Made by a program: the position numbers and the translations under genes. This document shows positions 1 to 8,846 of a stretch of DNA of 64,000 nucleotides, one piece after another. A model generated the notes under the pieces. It saw nothing but the letters and a program-made list of their open reading frames with translations, made no database searches and was not told where the DNA came from. Source of the stretch: Limnoglobus sp. (GTDB lineage Bacteria > Planctomycetota > Planctomycetia > Gemmatales > Gemmataceae); contig JBGSJI010000048.1 of NCBI GenBank assembly GCA_041742055.1, positions 6,722 to 70,721 of the forward strand. Direction: 5' to 3'. Every line of letters begins with the position of its first letter. Within the stretch, counting starts at the first letter, position 1.

Positions 1-1
1 G

Positions 2-733
2 CCTCGATTGAATCAGCACTCACAGTTTGCCGGGTCTTTTCGTGTCATTGAAGACAAGGGAACTGAGATTAATCAACGATCGGTGACGTTTCGTTACTCT
101 CTCAGGCTTCGAGCGGAATCCAGAGACGCGATTCCTGAACTGGAAATTGCCTACTTCGTTCCCGGTCTCGATCGGGTGGCGACGAAGTATCTTGAAGCGA
201 TTCCGCTTGCGGTCGATCCAACCACGAAACCGGTGAAAAGTTCGCAGCCATTGGATCTGCCTGATCGATTTCTTACTCCTGTTATGCGGGCATCTCACGG
301 GAATCAGGTTGATTTCCAGTATTGGATTGCATTATTGGTTTCGGTGATTGTTGCGCCCGTGATCGGGATCATAATCTGGCGATATCGAAATCCGGATGGT
401 GTGAGTCTTGCGCGATTGAAACAAAATGATGCCGCTCGAAATGCCATCACGGGGTTCCGGCAGGCGCAGGTTTCAGACGAACCACTCAAACAGACCGTAA
501 GCGTCCTTTGTGTCTATTTGAGGGACCGCTTTCATTTGGATATTCCCTCGCCGATACCGAGTGAAATCGGGCAGGCGATGGAGCAGTGCGGAATGGAACG
601 CGAGCGAATTCAACAAGTTGTCGATCTGATCCGATCGTGCGATGAGAAGCGTTTCTCTGAAGAACAGTCGAATCAATTTGCACTGCTGAGTCGCTTTCGA
701 GAATTGATCTTTGACTGGGAGGAGCGGATGTGA
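2..733 (+). CDS. BatD-like membrane protein, C-terminal part (5' end outside the window)
   Basis: The frame is open to the left window edge. There is one TM helix (WIALLVSVIVAPVIGIIIW) followed by a cytoplasmic tail. The stop overlaps the GTG start of the next TPR/SH3 gene (GTGA at 730-733), as at the distal end of bat (aerotolerance) operons. Confidence 0.4.
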   Translation, partial: PRLNQHSQFAGSFRVIEDKGTEINQRSVTFRYSLRLRAESRDAIPELEIAYFVPGLDRVATKYLEAIPLAVDPTTKPVKSSQPLDLPDRFLTPVMRASHGNQVDFQYWIALLVSVIVAPVIGIIIWRYRNPDGVSLARLKQNDAARNAITGFRQAQVSDEPLKQTVSVLCVYLRDRFHLDIPSPIPSEIGQAMEQCGMERERIQQVVDLIRSCDEKRFSEEQSNQFALLSRFRELIFDWEERM

Positions 734-1467
734 TTTCCTCCTGCATAGTTCTTGCGTTCATGACCGTTTCGCCCGTTTCCTCAAGAGAGAGAACCGCGGA
801 CGAGTGGTACGCTCAAGGTCTAGAACTGCGACATGATGCCGGCGCAGCGCGAACAGCGTTTTCTCACGCCGCCCGTTTGTACACGGAAGATACCATTGAA
901 TCGTTACACGCCGGCGCTAGGGCTTGGTATCTCGCCGGAGATCCATCGCGGGCACTGGCAAAATTGCATCTTGCACTGTCCCGGTCACCGACGGATCGCG
1001 AACTGCAAGCCGATCTCGAAACAATACGCGATTCCATCAGCTATCCCACTTCACCAATATCAGGAATGCTCAGACCCAAACGGCTGAGCGGCTTCTGGTA
1101 TCGCATTTCACCATTCGAAATTTTTCTGTTCGCGTCCGCTTGCGGTCTCTGCGGTTCCATTGCACTCATTCTGAATCGAACTCAACAAGTGCGATACTCG
1201 CTGTTCATCGCGATCCTGGGCTATGGGATGATGGTGTTATGCCTGTTAATGGAAACCGTTGCGCGAGACACCCACCCGCTTCCCACAATCCTCGCAAAGC
1301 CCACCGAACTGAAAAACGGAAACGGTTCCCTTTATTCATCAGTACTGCCCTCGCCATTACCGTCCGGAATGGAAGTGAAACAATTGGCACGACGTGGCGG
1401 ATGGGTCCGAGTGCAGTTGCCTGATGATAGCACGGGTTGGCTGCCGGAATCGGTTCTCTTGAAGTGA
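730..1467 (+). CDS. BatE-like protein: TPR region, two TM helices, C-terminal SH3b domain
   Basis: N-terminal TPR-like helices (AEWYAQGLELRHD...AWYLAGDPSRALAKLHLAL). The C-terminus GGWVRVQLPDDSTGWLPESVLLK is typical of a bacterial SH3 domain. The gene is translationally coupled to the upstream ORF. Confidence 0.5.
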   Translation: MISSCIVLAFMTVSPVSSRERTADEWYAQGLELRHDAGAARTAFSHAARLYTEDTIESLHAGARAWYLAGDPSRALAKLHLALSRSPTDRELQADLETIRDSISYPTSPISGMLRPKRLSGFWYRISPFEIFLFASACGLCGSIALILNRTQQVRYSLFIAILGYGMMVLCLLMETVARDTHPLPTILAKPTELKNGNGSLYSSVLPSPLPSGMEVKQLARRGGWVRVQLPDDSTGWLPESVLLK

Positions 1468-1474
1468 CTGTTCT

Positions 1475-2377
1475 CTACGATCGAATGTCCGGGGGCAGTC
1501 CCCGCTTGATCATCGTGATCTCGTTGCCGCTTTTGCTGTGCAGAACCTGATCAAAAAAGGTTCGGATCAATAACATTCCGCGTCCGCATCCCAGTTCGAG
1601 ATTTTTCACATCGGTTGGATCGGGAAGCTTGTGCGGATCGTACCCCGGACCTTCATCACGCACCCGAACACTCAACAGCGGCTCGCGAGTCGCCCGGACG
1701 GTTATGGTGACATGGCGATTCTGATACGGATCGGATTGGCTCCGTTTTGAGATTGACGAATGATAGATGTTCCAATCTCCGTCCTTGAGATCGGATGAGA
1801 TTTCCAGATTACCATGAACGATGGCGTTCAATACGGCTTCATGTACCGCAACACCGACCTGAACACGCTCCGATTCCGTGAACAATTTCATCTGCGTCAT
1901 CATGGACTCAACATGCGAAACGACATGTCCCACAAGATCTGGTGAATTCTCGATGACGAACTCATTTTCGACAGCGGTCATTCGCCCCAAAAAAACTGCC
2001 TGCTGCGTCTGAGATTGCGAAACTGATAACAGTTCGTCGAGCACTTGCAGCATGTCTCGAGTGATGTTGCGTTTGGGAAGATAATTCGAGGCTCCTGCTC
2101 GCAACGCCTTAACCGCAAGCTCTTCGCTCCCAAATATGGCAGTCACCAGGACGGGAACCGTAGGGACCTCCGTGCGCAAAGATGAGACAAGATCCAATCC
2201 GTCCTTTTCAGAACCGTGGATGTCGCATACGATCGCATCCGGCGTCTGGGTTTTGACAACCTCCATCGCCTCGCGGCCATTCGACGCTTCGAGCACCTCC
2301 ATTTCCGCTTTGATGAGCAACTGCGCAAGATGGCGGCGTTCCACTGTGTTGTCATCAACAAGGAGAATTTTTGCCAT
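1475..2377 (-). CDS. Response regulator receiver domain fused to an RsbW/SpoIIAB-like ATP-binding (anti-sigma Ser kinase type) domain
   Basis: REC motifs are present: ILLVDDN, phospho-acceptor context IVCDIHG, and YLPK. The C-terminal half has HEAVLNAIVHGN, RDEGPGYD and GCGRGMLLIRTFFDQV, which resemble the GHKL N, G1 and G2 boxes. Confidence 0.8.
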   Translation of the reverse strand: MAKILLVDDNTVERRHLAQLLIKAEMEVLEASNGREAMEVVKTQTPDAIVCDIHGSEKDGLDLVSSLRTEVPTVPVLVTAIFGSEELAVKALRAGASNYLPKRNITRDMLQVLDELLSVSQSQTQQAVFLGRMTAVENEFVIENSPDLVGHVVSHVESMMTQMKLFTESERVQVGVAVHEAVLNAIVHGNLEISSDLKDGDWNIYHSSISKRSQSDPYQNRHVTITVRATREPLLSVRVRDEGPGYDPHKLPDPTDVKNLELGCGRGMLLIRTFFDQVLHSKSGNEITMIKRGLPPDIRS

Positions 2378-2475
2378 CTGAAGTGGTGCTCCCGGAATCG
2401 GATACGACCAGTATTCTAGTCAGGGACTTTGATAAGTGAAAACGGGAACTCGCACGAGCGCTGAAGAGTTTATCC

Positions 2476-2874
2476 ATGAAACAATTCCAGATTGCAACTC
2501 AGAAGTCGTCTCAGTTGATCGAGATCACCGATCCGGTCAGTCAGATCGTTGCACAGTCCGGTGTACCCAGTGGCATTTGCGTGGTTTGTGTCCCGCACAC
2601 CACGGCCGGAATCACGATTCAGGAAAATGCCGATCCGGATGTCGTCCACGATATTCTTCTGTGGCTGAATCGGTTCGTACCGCGAGCGCAATCAGGCTTT
2701 CGACATGCCGAAGGAAACAGTGATTCTCACATCAAAACCTGTCTCATGGGGAACAGTGTAAGCGTCGTGATTCAAGATGGTCGGCTGATCTTTGGAACTT
2801 GGCAGGGGATTTATCTGTGTGAATTTGACGGGCCACGAACACGGTCAGTTCAGGTTCAAATTCAGGCAGGTTGA
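2476..2874 (+). CDS. YjbQ/UPF0047 family protein (secondary thiamine-phosphate synthase family)
   Basis: 132 aa. Family signatures are present: CVPHTTAGITIQENADPDV, HAEGNSDSHIK and TWQGIYLCEFDGPR. Confidence 0.88.
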   Translation: MKQFQIATQKSSQLIEITDPVSQIVAQSGVPSGICVVCVPHTTAGITIQENADPDVVHDILLWLNRFVPRAQSGFRHAEGNSDSHIKTCLMGNSVSVVIQDGRLIFGTWQGIYLCEFDGPRTRSVQVQIQAG

Positions 2875-3020
2875 CGGATAACTCGACACAATCATGATAA
2901 ATTCTGTTGATTCGATTTCTGGTGTTCCACAAATCCTTGAAAGGGGTTTATCGAGTTCGTTTACTTCTGTTATATCTGAAAAATAGCGATATCAATTGAA
3001 CTTGCCACAACGGTTTTAAG

Positions 3021-3689
3021 ATGAGTTTGATCTCGCCCGATGTGATTGCAGAACTCAACGGCCTGTCGATCGGCGCCGGCGGATTTCTCGTACTCATCGG
3101 CTTCTTGCTGTGGGGCTTTGGTTGGCGTTGGCATCGATTCTGGGTCGTCTTCGGATTCACAGCGACTGCAGGCATCATGGGGATGGCTTCCGGTCAAGCG
3201 GCCGGTGGCCATATTCTGGTGATGGGATTACTTCTGGCTTTCGCAGGTGGAATCCTGGCGATTGAATTGGCTAAGATTTTCGCATTTCTGGTTGGGGGCA
3301 TTGTTTTCTGGTTTTCGGTTCAAACCATCTTTCCCCAAGGTCAGGAACTCTGGGCTGTGTTTCTTTCGGGTGGCCTGTTCGGAGTGCTTCTCTACCGCCT
3401 TTGGACCATGATCCTGTTCAGCCTGCTCGGAATCGTCATTTCCTGGCATGCGGCATTTGCTTTGGCAATGTCGACTGGGACCTATGACTCGGTCAAATGG
3501 GTTTCCGATAACACAATCGCGGTCAATGGTGCGGTGATCCTCACGTCAGTGCTGGGAGTATTGATGCAGGTTGTGACTTCAGAAAAGCCTAAGCAGGAAG
3601 CGAAACCGACGAGCGATGAGGGTGGCATCGAGTTGTTGGATGAATCCGAATCGGGATGGTGGAAAAAGATGAGCATCAAGGCTGCGTAA
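3021..3689 (+). CDS. Polytopic membrane protein of unknown function (about 6 TM helices, acidic C-tail)
   Basis: Repeated hydrophobic Gly-rich helices. No recognisable catalytic motif. Confidence 0.6.
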   Translation: MSLISPDVIAELNGLSIGAGGFLVLIGFLLWGFGWRWHRFWVVFGFTATAGIMGMASGQAAGGHILVMGLLLAFAGGILAIELAKIFAFLVGGIVFWFSVQTIFPQGQELWAVFLSGGLFGVLLYRLWTMILFSLLGIVISWHAAFALAMSTGTYDSVKWVSDNTIAVNGAVILTSVLGVLMQVVTSEKPKQEAKPTSDEGGIELLDESESGWWKKMSIKAA

Positions 3690-3842
3690 GACTGCGTAAT
3701 TCCCACCGCTCATTCGCAAAAATACTCACTTCGAAGAATGAAAAGCCGAGTAGAATTCTCTTGGATGATCATGGGTTCGCGATTAAATTAGCTTTCTGGA
3801 ATTATTGTTCACCCTACCGATTCTGCTCTTTCAGGTTTACGA

Positions 3843-6398
3843 ATGATAATGCGATTCATACTTACGTGCGCTTTAGTCTTGACCTCGACGGATTGGTTGG
3901 TTGCTGAAATACCTGATAAAAAGTTCACGTCGGAACAAGTGGCATTTTACGAGAAGGATGTCAAACCGCTTCTTCAGAAACACTGCTTCAAATGTCATGG
4001 TGCCGGAGAAAAAATCAAAGGCGGGCTTAGCCTGGCGACTCGTTTTGCTGCCATAATGGGCGGCGATACCGGGCCCGTGGTGAATCTGAAAGAACACGAT
4101 AAAAGCTTGATTTTGCTAGCGCTTGCGAACAAGCGGCCAGACGGCGGCGATGTCATGCCTCCCAGTGGCAAATTGCCGGACGCGGATATCGCCATCTTGA
4201 CCAAATGGGTTCAGTCGGGTTTGCCCTACTCTGACAGCGATCTGGGTGCGACCGAAGTCAAGGGTTCGGAAAAATCCATTCTGACCGAGGAGGCAAGACG
4301 TTACTGGGCTTATCAGAGTGTCAAACGTCCTCCTTTTCCCAAGAGTGATGATGCAAAGAATCCCATCGATTCATTCTTGCGAGAAAAACTGCTCAAAAAT
4401 AATCTGAAGCCAAACGGTCCCGCTGATCGACTCACGCTTGTTCGGCGATTGTATTACGATCTCATCGGCCTGCCGCCGACGCCTGAGCAGGTTGATGAGT
4501 TTGTCAACGACGAATCGCCGAATGCTTACGAGAGATTGGTTGACAAATTGCTTGCGTCGCCACATTACGGCGAAAAATGGGGTCGACATTGGCTCGATGT
4601 GGTTCGCTATGCGGAGAGCAATGGTTACGAACGCGATGGTCCCAAACCGTTTGCGTGGCGCTATCGCGATTACGTCATACGCAGTTTCAATTCTGATAAG
4701 CCGTATGACCAGTTCATCCGTGAACAACTGGCGGGTGATGAGTTGCCGAGCGGATCAGCGGATGCGGTGATTGCAACCGGATATTATCGGCTGGGCTTAT
4801 GGGATGACGAACCCGCGGATCAGCAGCAGGCTCTTTATGATGGTTACGATGACCTCGTGACAGTTACCGCACAAGGGTTCCTGGCCATGACCGTCAATTG
4901 TGCGCGTTGCCACGATCACAAAAAAGACCCCATTCTCCAATCGGACTATTATCGGCTAATGGCCTTTTTCCGCGACATCCGGCCGTACAGCAACAACCGG
5001 GATGTGCGATCCAGTGCCAACATGACCGATATCACCCCGTTCGAACAACGACGACTTTACGAAAGCGAACTCAACGAGCGCAAGAAAAAGATCGAGAGCC
5101 TGACCGCAGAGATGGTCCAGATTGAAAACGAAGCAATCAAGAAAATGCCTGAGGAAGATCAGCGGGCGTCGGAAGGCATCGATCGCCCGCAGGTCGTCGC
5201 GAAACTCGGAAAGTACTTCACCGAAATGCAGAGACGTGATTACAACCGGTTGAAGCGCGAGCGTGGCGAACTGGATCGCAAGCCGCTGCCTAATCAGGAG
5301 TTCGCACTCTCGGTCAACAACTGCGATCCGAAACCGCCGGCTGTCTATGTTCTGGCCCGCGGCAATCCGCACTCGCCCAAGGAAAACGAACCATGCCCTC
5401 CCGGGTTCCCCGCTGTTTTCTCATTACCCGACCCGGAAATTCCGCCACCCGGAAAAACGAGCAATCGAAGAACGGTTCTGGCGAACTGGATCGCATCCAA
5501 AACGAATCCCCTTACAAGCCGTGTGCTGGTCAACAGGCTTTGGCAGCATCACTTCGGCCGCGGGATCGTTGCATCTCCGAGTGACTTCGGAAAACTTGGT
5601 GATCCTAATACCCATCCCGAATTGCTGGACTGGTTGGCCAGCGAATTGGTCGATCCCACTCCGGGGCAACCGTGGAGTGTGTCAGGATCTGCCTGGACGA
5701 TCAAGCGAATCCACAAACTGATTCTGCTCTCTGATAGCTATCGAATGTCATCGAGCGGAAATAAAAAGAATCTCGCGGCGGATCCGGCCAATTTGCTTTA
5801 CTGGCGATTCAACATGCGTCGGCTGACAGCTGAGGAAGTACGTGACTCGCTGCTGGCGATCAGCGGGAAGTTGAAAAAGGAACTCTACGGGCCAAGTGTT
5901 TATCCGAAGATCCCTGACGAGGTTCTTGCCGGTCAATCGGTTCCCGGTCAGAACTGGTTGAGTTCGCGGGGTGGCGGGTATGATCCGAACGATCATGATG
6001 CGGGAAATCGCAGAAGTATCTACGTGACGGTGAAGCGTTCCCTTCAGGTACCGATCCTGATTCAGCACGATCAGGCCGATACGGATTCGAGCTGCCCCGT
6101 TCGTTACACGACGACGGTTCCCACGCAGGCGTTGGGAATGATCAATGGCGAATTCACGAATGAAATGGCGCAGGCGATGGCACGCCGCTTGATGTCAGAG
6201 CATCCAGAATCCCTGAGGGAACAAGTGAAACGGGCTTTTCAAATGACAACCGGACGCGTGCCTGCGGAAAAAGACATTCAAAAGGAAGTTGCATTTATTG
6301 ATCGGTTAAAACGCGAGTTTTCCTTGAGTGATGAAGAAGCCCTGTCCCGATCCGCACTTGTCTTGATGAACACGAACGAGTTCATCTATCTCGATTGA
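3843..6398 (+). CDS. PSCyt1 + PSCyt2 (DUF1549) + PSD1 (DUF1553) domain protein
   Basis: Signal peptide. Planctomycete cytochrome c motif CFKCHGAGEKIKGGLSL. DUF1549 block NPIDSFLREKL...YYDLIGLPPTPEQVDEF...LLASPHYGEKWGRHWLDVVRYAESNGYE. DUF1553 block CARCHDHKKDPI and C-terminal NTNEFIYLD. Confidence 0.93.
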   Translation: MIMRFILTCALVLTSTDWLVAEIPDKKFTSEQVAFYEKDVKPLLQKHCFKCHGAGEKIKGGLSLATRFAAIMGGDTGPVVNLKEHDKSLILLALANKRPDGGDVMPPSGKLPDADIAILTKWVQSGLPYSDSDLGATEVKGSEKSILTEEARRYWAYQSVKRPPFPKSDDAKNPIDSFLREKLLKNNLKPNGPADRLTLVRRLYYDLIGLPPTPEQVDEFVNDESPNAYERLVDKLLASPHYGEKWGRHWLDVVRYAESNGYERDGPKPFAWRYRDYVIRSFNSDKPYDQFIREQLAGDELPSGSADAVIATGYYRLGLWDDEPADQQQALYDGYDDLVTVTAQGFLAMTVNCARCHDHKKDPILQSDYYRLMAFFRDIRPYSNNRDVRSSANMTDITPFEQRRLYESELNERKKKIESLTAEMVQIENEAIKKMPEEDQRASEGIDRPQVVAKLGKYFTEMQRRDYNRLKRERGELDRKPLPNQEFALSVNNCDPKPPAVYVLARGNPHSPKENEPCPPGFPAVFSLPDPEIPPPGKTSNRRTVLANWIASKTNPLTSRVLVNRLWQHHFGRGIVASPSDFGKLGDPNTHPELLDWLASELVDPTPGQPWSVSGSAWTIKRIHKLILLSDSYRMSSSGNKKNLAADPANLLYWRFNMRRLTAEEVRDSLLAISGKLKKELYGPSVYPKIPDEVLAGQSVPGQNWLSSRGGGYDPNDHDAGNRRSIYVTVKRSLQVPILIQHDQADTDSSCPVRYTTTVPTQALGMINGEFTNEMAQAMARRLMSEHPESLREQVKRAFQMTTGRVPAEKDIQKEVAFIDRLKREFSLSDEEALSRSALVLMNTNEFIYLD

Positions 6399-6446
6399 CG
6401 GGGATGCTTGTCAGGATCTCTATGGGGTCGTAGAATTCTTGTTCGC

Positions 6447-6519
6447 GGCGGGGTAGCTCAGTGGTTAGAGCAATCGCTTCATAAGCGATGGGTCGCCGGT
6501 TCAAACCCGGCCCCCGCTA
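6447..6519 (+). tRNA. tRNA with anticodon CAT (elongator Met, or Ile2 if lysidine-modified)
   Basis: Hand-folded cloverleaf. Acceptor GGCGGGG/CCCCGCT (G1-U72 wobble). D arm GCTC-AGTGGTTA-GAGC. Anticodon arm ATCGC-TTCATAA-GCGAT. Variable loop GGGTC. T arm GCCGG-TTCAAAC-CCGGC. Discriminator A. CCA is not encoded. There is no GGG/CCC run in the anticodon stem, so it is not an initiator tRNA. Confidence 0.9.
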
Positions 6520-6749
6520 CTGGTTTTCCAACCACTTCAAAAATATCATTTAGATCCTCTGATCAATTTTTTTCTTTCAGTTTATGATCCTTGACGGAAA
6601 TTCAAATTCATGTCATCGCAATTTCAGATTCAAATTAATCCCTTTCTGTGGACTTGAACCTTTTCCCGGTCCTCTCCTGAATTCTTGATGTCAGTCTTTA
6701 CTGGGCAAGGGTGCTTCTGAAAATCGATTGAAATGGAAAATCGACGAAA

Positions 6750-6815
6750 GTGCTTACGGCGCATAGATGGTTCCGAAATTCGGGAAGGGTGGCGCAGCGG
6801 CGCCGGAGGCATGAG
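6750..6815 (+). repeat. R2 repeat family, divergent copy a
   Basis: GTGCTTACGGCGCATAGATGGTTCCGAAATTCGGG...GGTGGCGCAGCGG resembles the 5' two-thirds of the copies at 6941 and 46762. Confidence 0.5.
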
Positions 6816-6940
6816 GCAAACTCAGTCGACTCCGCCTCGAGCGTGCGCATCAGGTGGCGGAGTCCTGGTGAGTGGTTTGGCGGTTGTCAAATAGATTTGA
6901 ACTTATTATCAGTAACTGTTCAAAAGTAACGTAAACCATT

Positions 6941-7028
6941 GCGGCGCATCGGCGCTTCCGAAAATTGGGTGTCTTTCCACAAAGGTGTGGCGCGCTAGCG
7001 GTGGAAAGACCGGGCAAAGAGTCTGAAC
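6941..7028 (+). repeat. R2 repeat family, copy b (ends 111 nt upstream of the start of CDS 7139)
   Basis: GGCGCTTCCGAAAATTGGGTGTCTTTCCAC-N5-GGTGTGGC-N8-CGGTGGAAAGAC...GTCTGAA is nearly identical to 46762-46853. It has an internal inverted repeat TCTTTCCAC/GTGGAAAGA. Confidence 0.7.
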
Positions 7029-7138
7029 AGAGCTCAAAAGTGGCATTTTTGAAAATCGTACTGTTTCAGCGCTTCACAATTCCGTTAGAATACTATTCCC
7101 ACCTGCATGCCGACATCGGTGTCCTCTGAGGCTCTACC

Positions 7139-8605
7139 ATGTTGAAATCGTATCGGTTTTGTGTGCTGTGCGCGTTCGCAGCTGCGGTTCTGACGATCGT
7201 GTTTTCTTCGGCAAGTAGTCGTGCGGCGGATCGGCCCATCAGTTTTATTTCGGATGTGGCTCCGATTCTGAAGGAGAATTGTTTTGCCTGTCATGACGCC
7301 AAAAAGCGTTCGGGTAAGTACGACATGACAACGGTAGAGAAACTCCTCGCTGGCGGGAACGATGGCGAGCCGATTCTGGCGGGTAAACCGTCCGATAGCG
7401 AATTTTTCGATCTGATGGTCACAAAGGATGATCGACGCATGCCTCCCCGTGATAAAGGGGAAGCGGTTCCCGCGGAGAAAGCTGAAATCATCCGCAAGTG
7501 GATCGCGGAAGGTGCAAAAATTGACACGGGTCTCGACCCCAAAGCTGATTTGGTCAAGGAACTTCGAATTCGTTGGAAGCCTCCAACACCACCGGAAAAG
7601 TACAAGTTTCCGAGTATCGTGAACGCATTAGTTTTTTCTGCCAATGGAAAGCAACTGGTCGTAGGCGCACATCATGAATTGACGGTTTGGAACGTCGAAG
7701 ATGCGAAACTTTTGAAGCGAGTTTACACTCGCGCAGAGCGTGCTTATTCGATGCTTTTTTTGAAGGATGGGAAATTGGCCGTTGCAGGTGGAAGACCGGG
7801 TCAGGAAGGCGATGTTCGAATTTACGATTTGAATGCGAAGCCAAAGGAAACCAAGGTCGGTGTTGCGATTCTGGATGGAGTAAATGACCCTAAAGTAATG
7901 GTCAAACAATTGCTGGATGTTGAGGACTCGGTGCTGAGTCTTGCGTTGTCGGTGGATGGGAAACTTCTCGCAGCCGGAGGTTGTGATCGAGCGGTACGGA
8001 TTTGGGACCTTTCCAGCGGACTGGAAAAAATCAAACTGATTCAAACGGTTGAGAATCATGCCGATTGGGTGTTGGGTGTTTCTCTTTCAACAGATGGCAA
8101 ATACCTATTGACCGCAGGCCGAGACAAGACGGCCAAGGTCTGGGATCTCAAGGCGAAAGAATCGGTTCTGACCTTTCCCGGGCATCAGAACATCGTCTAC
8201 GATGTCGCGATCAGCAAAGATGCGGCTGTCGGCTATTCAGTTGGAGCCGACCGTCAGATTCGGTCATGGAAACCTTCGGGCGATGGAAAACAGATCAAGG
8301 CAACGAGCGGACATGGCGATGAAGTTTTCAAGATCATCGTTCACCCGAACCAACCGCTTTTGATCACCGCTTCTGCCGATAAATCGGTACGCAGCTGGAA
8401 TAGCGATAAGTTGTCCAATTTGAAAACCTATCAGGGATTGAATGATTTCGTTTACGCACTTGCGATTGATGATTCAGGAAAGATTGTGGCTGCCGGATCT
8501 TATGACGGTGAAATTCGAGTTTGGAACATCGAGGACGCAAAACTCTTGAAAGCATTTAACGCGTCGCCTGGCATCGATTCGAAATCGATTGCCGCAGGAA
8601 AATAA
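7139..8605 (+). CDS. Planctomycete cytochrome c (PSCyt1) domain fused to a WD40 beta-propeller
   Basis: Signal peptide. ISDVAPILKENCFACHDAKKRSGKYDM heme-binding motif. Multiple WD repeats follow (VRIWDL, AKVWDL, IRSW, VRSWN, IRVWNI). Confidence 0.9.
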   Translation: MLKSYRFCVLCAFAAAVLTIVFSSASSRAADRPISFISDVAPILKENCFACHDAKKRSGKYDMTTVEKLLAGGNDGEPILAGKPSDSEFFDLMVTKDDRRMPPRDKGEAVPAEKAEIIRKWIAEGAKIDTGLDPKADLVKELRIRWKPPTPPEKYKFPSIVNALVFSANGKQLVVGAHHELTVWNVEDAKLLKRVYTRAERAYSMLFLKDGKLAVAGGRPGQEGDVRIYDLNAKPKETKVGVAILDGVNDPKVMVKQLLDVEDSVLSLALSVDGKLLAAGGCDRAVRIWDLSSGLEKIKLIQTVENHADWVLGVSLSTDGKYLLTAGRDKTAKVWDLKAKESVLTFPGHQNIVYDVAISKDAAVGYSVGADRQIRSWKPSGDGKQIKATSGHGDEVFKIIVHPNQPLLITASADKSVRSWNSDKLSNLKTYQGLNDFVYALAIDDSGKIVAAGSYDGEIRVWNIEDAKLLKAFNASPGIDSKSIAAGK

Positions 8606-8627
8606 TGGTTAGACCTGATTGGTTGAT

Positions 8628-8658
8628 CGCACCCGAATGCGGGTGCGTTTATTATTTC
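8628..8658 (+). terminator. Intrinsic terminator after the cytochrome c-WD40 gene
   Basis: Stem CGCACCCG/CGGGTGCG with loop AATG, followed by TTTATTATTTC. Confidence 0.6.
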
Positions 8659-8846
8659 AGCATATCTCTAAGCATCGATCAAATCATTGTTTCACGTGTG
8701 AGACGCCGATTGATTGGAAACGTCGGAACATCTGACGCTTCTGACTTCAGGTACGAAATGAGACTCTCTTTTTTTTGCGTGAGAAGAATTGCAGACTATG
8801 TTTCTGCAAAGTGCTTATTTCTCTATTCCTTCGATCCTGTGAAGAC

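Noticed and set aside
2378-2475. A TPP riboswitch upstream of the YjbQ-family (thiamine-related) gene.
   Set aside because: The spacer is only 98 nt and lacks the CUGAGA and ACCUGAUCUGGAUAAUGCCAGCG-type cores.
8775-8846. N-terminal extensions given by the ORF track for several genes: 8775 (kinase), 13778 (glgB), 23168 (MFS), 28967 (rpoC), 32849 (rpoB), 40154 (tssK), 43890, 46904, 51454, 57028 and 59212.
   Set aside because: In each case the homology-supported N-terminus begins at an internal ATG. Several of these have a good SD sequence (rpoB AGGAG, rpoC GGGGAG). The extension either has no similarity or overlaps the upstream gene (59212). The start calls remain predictions.
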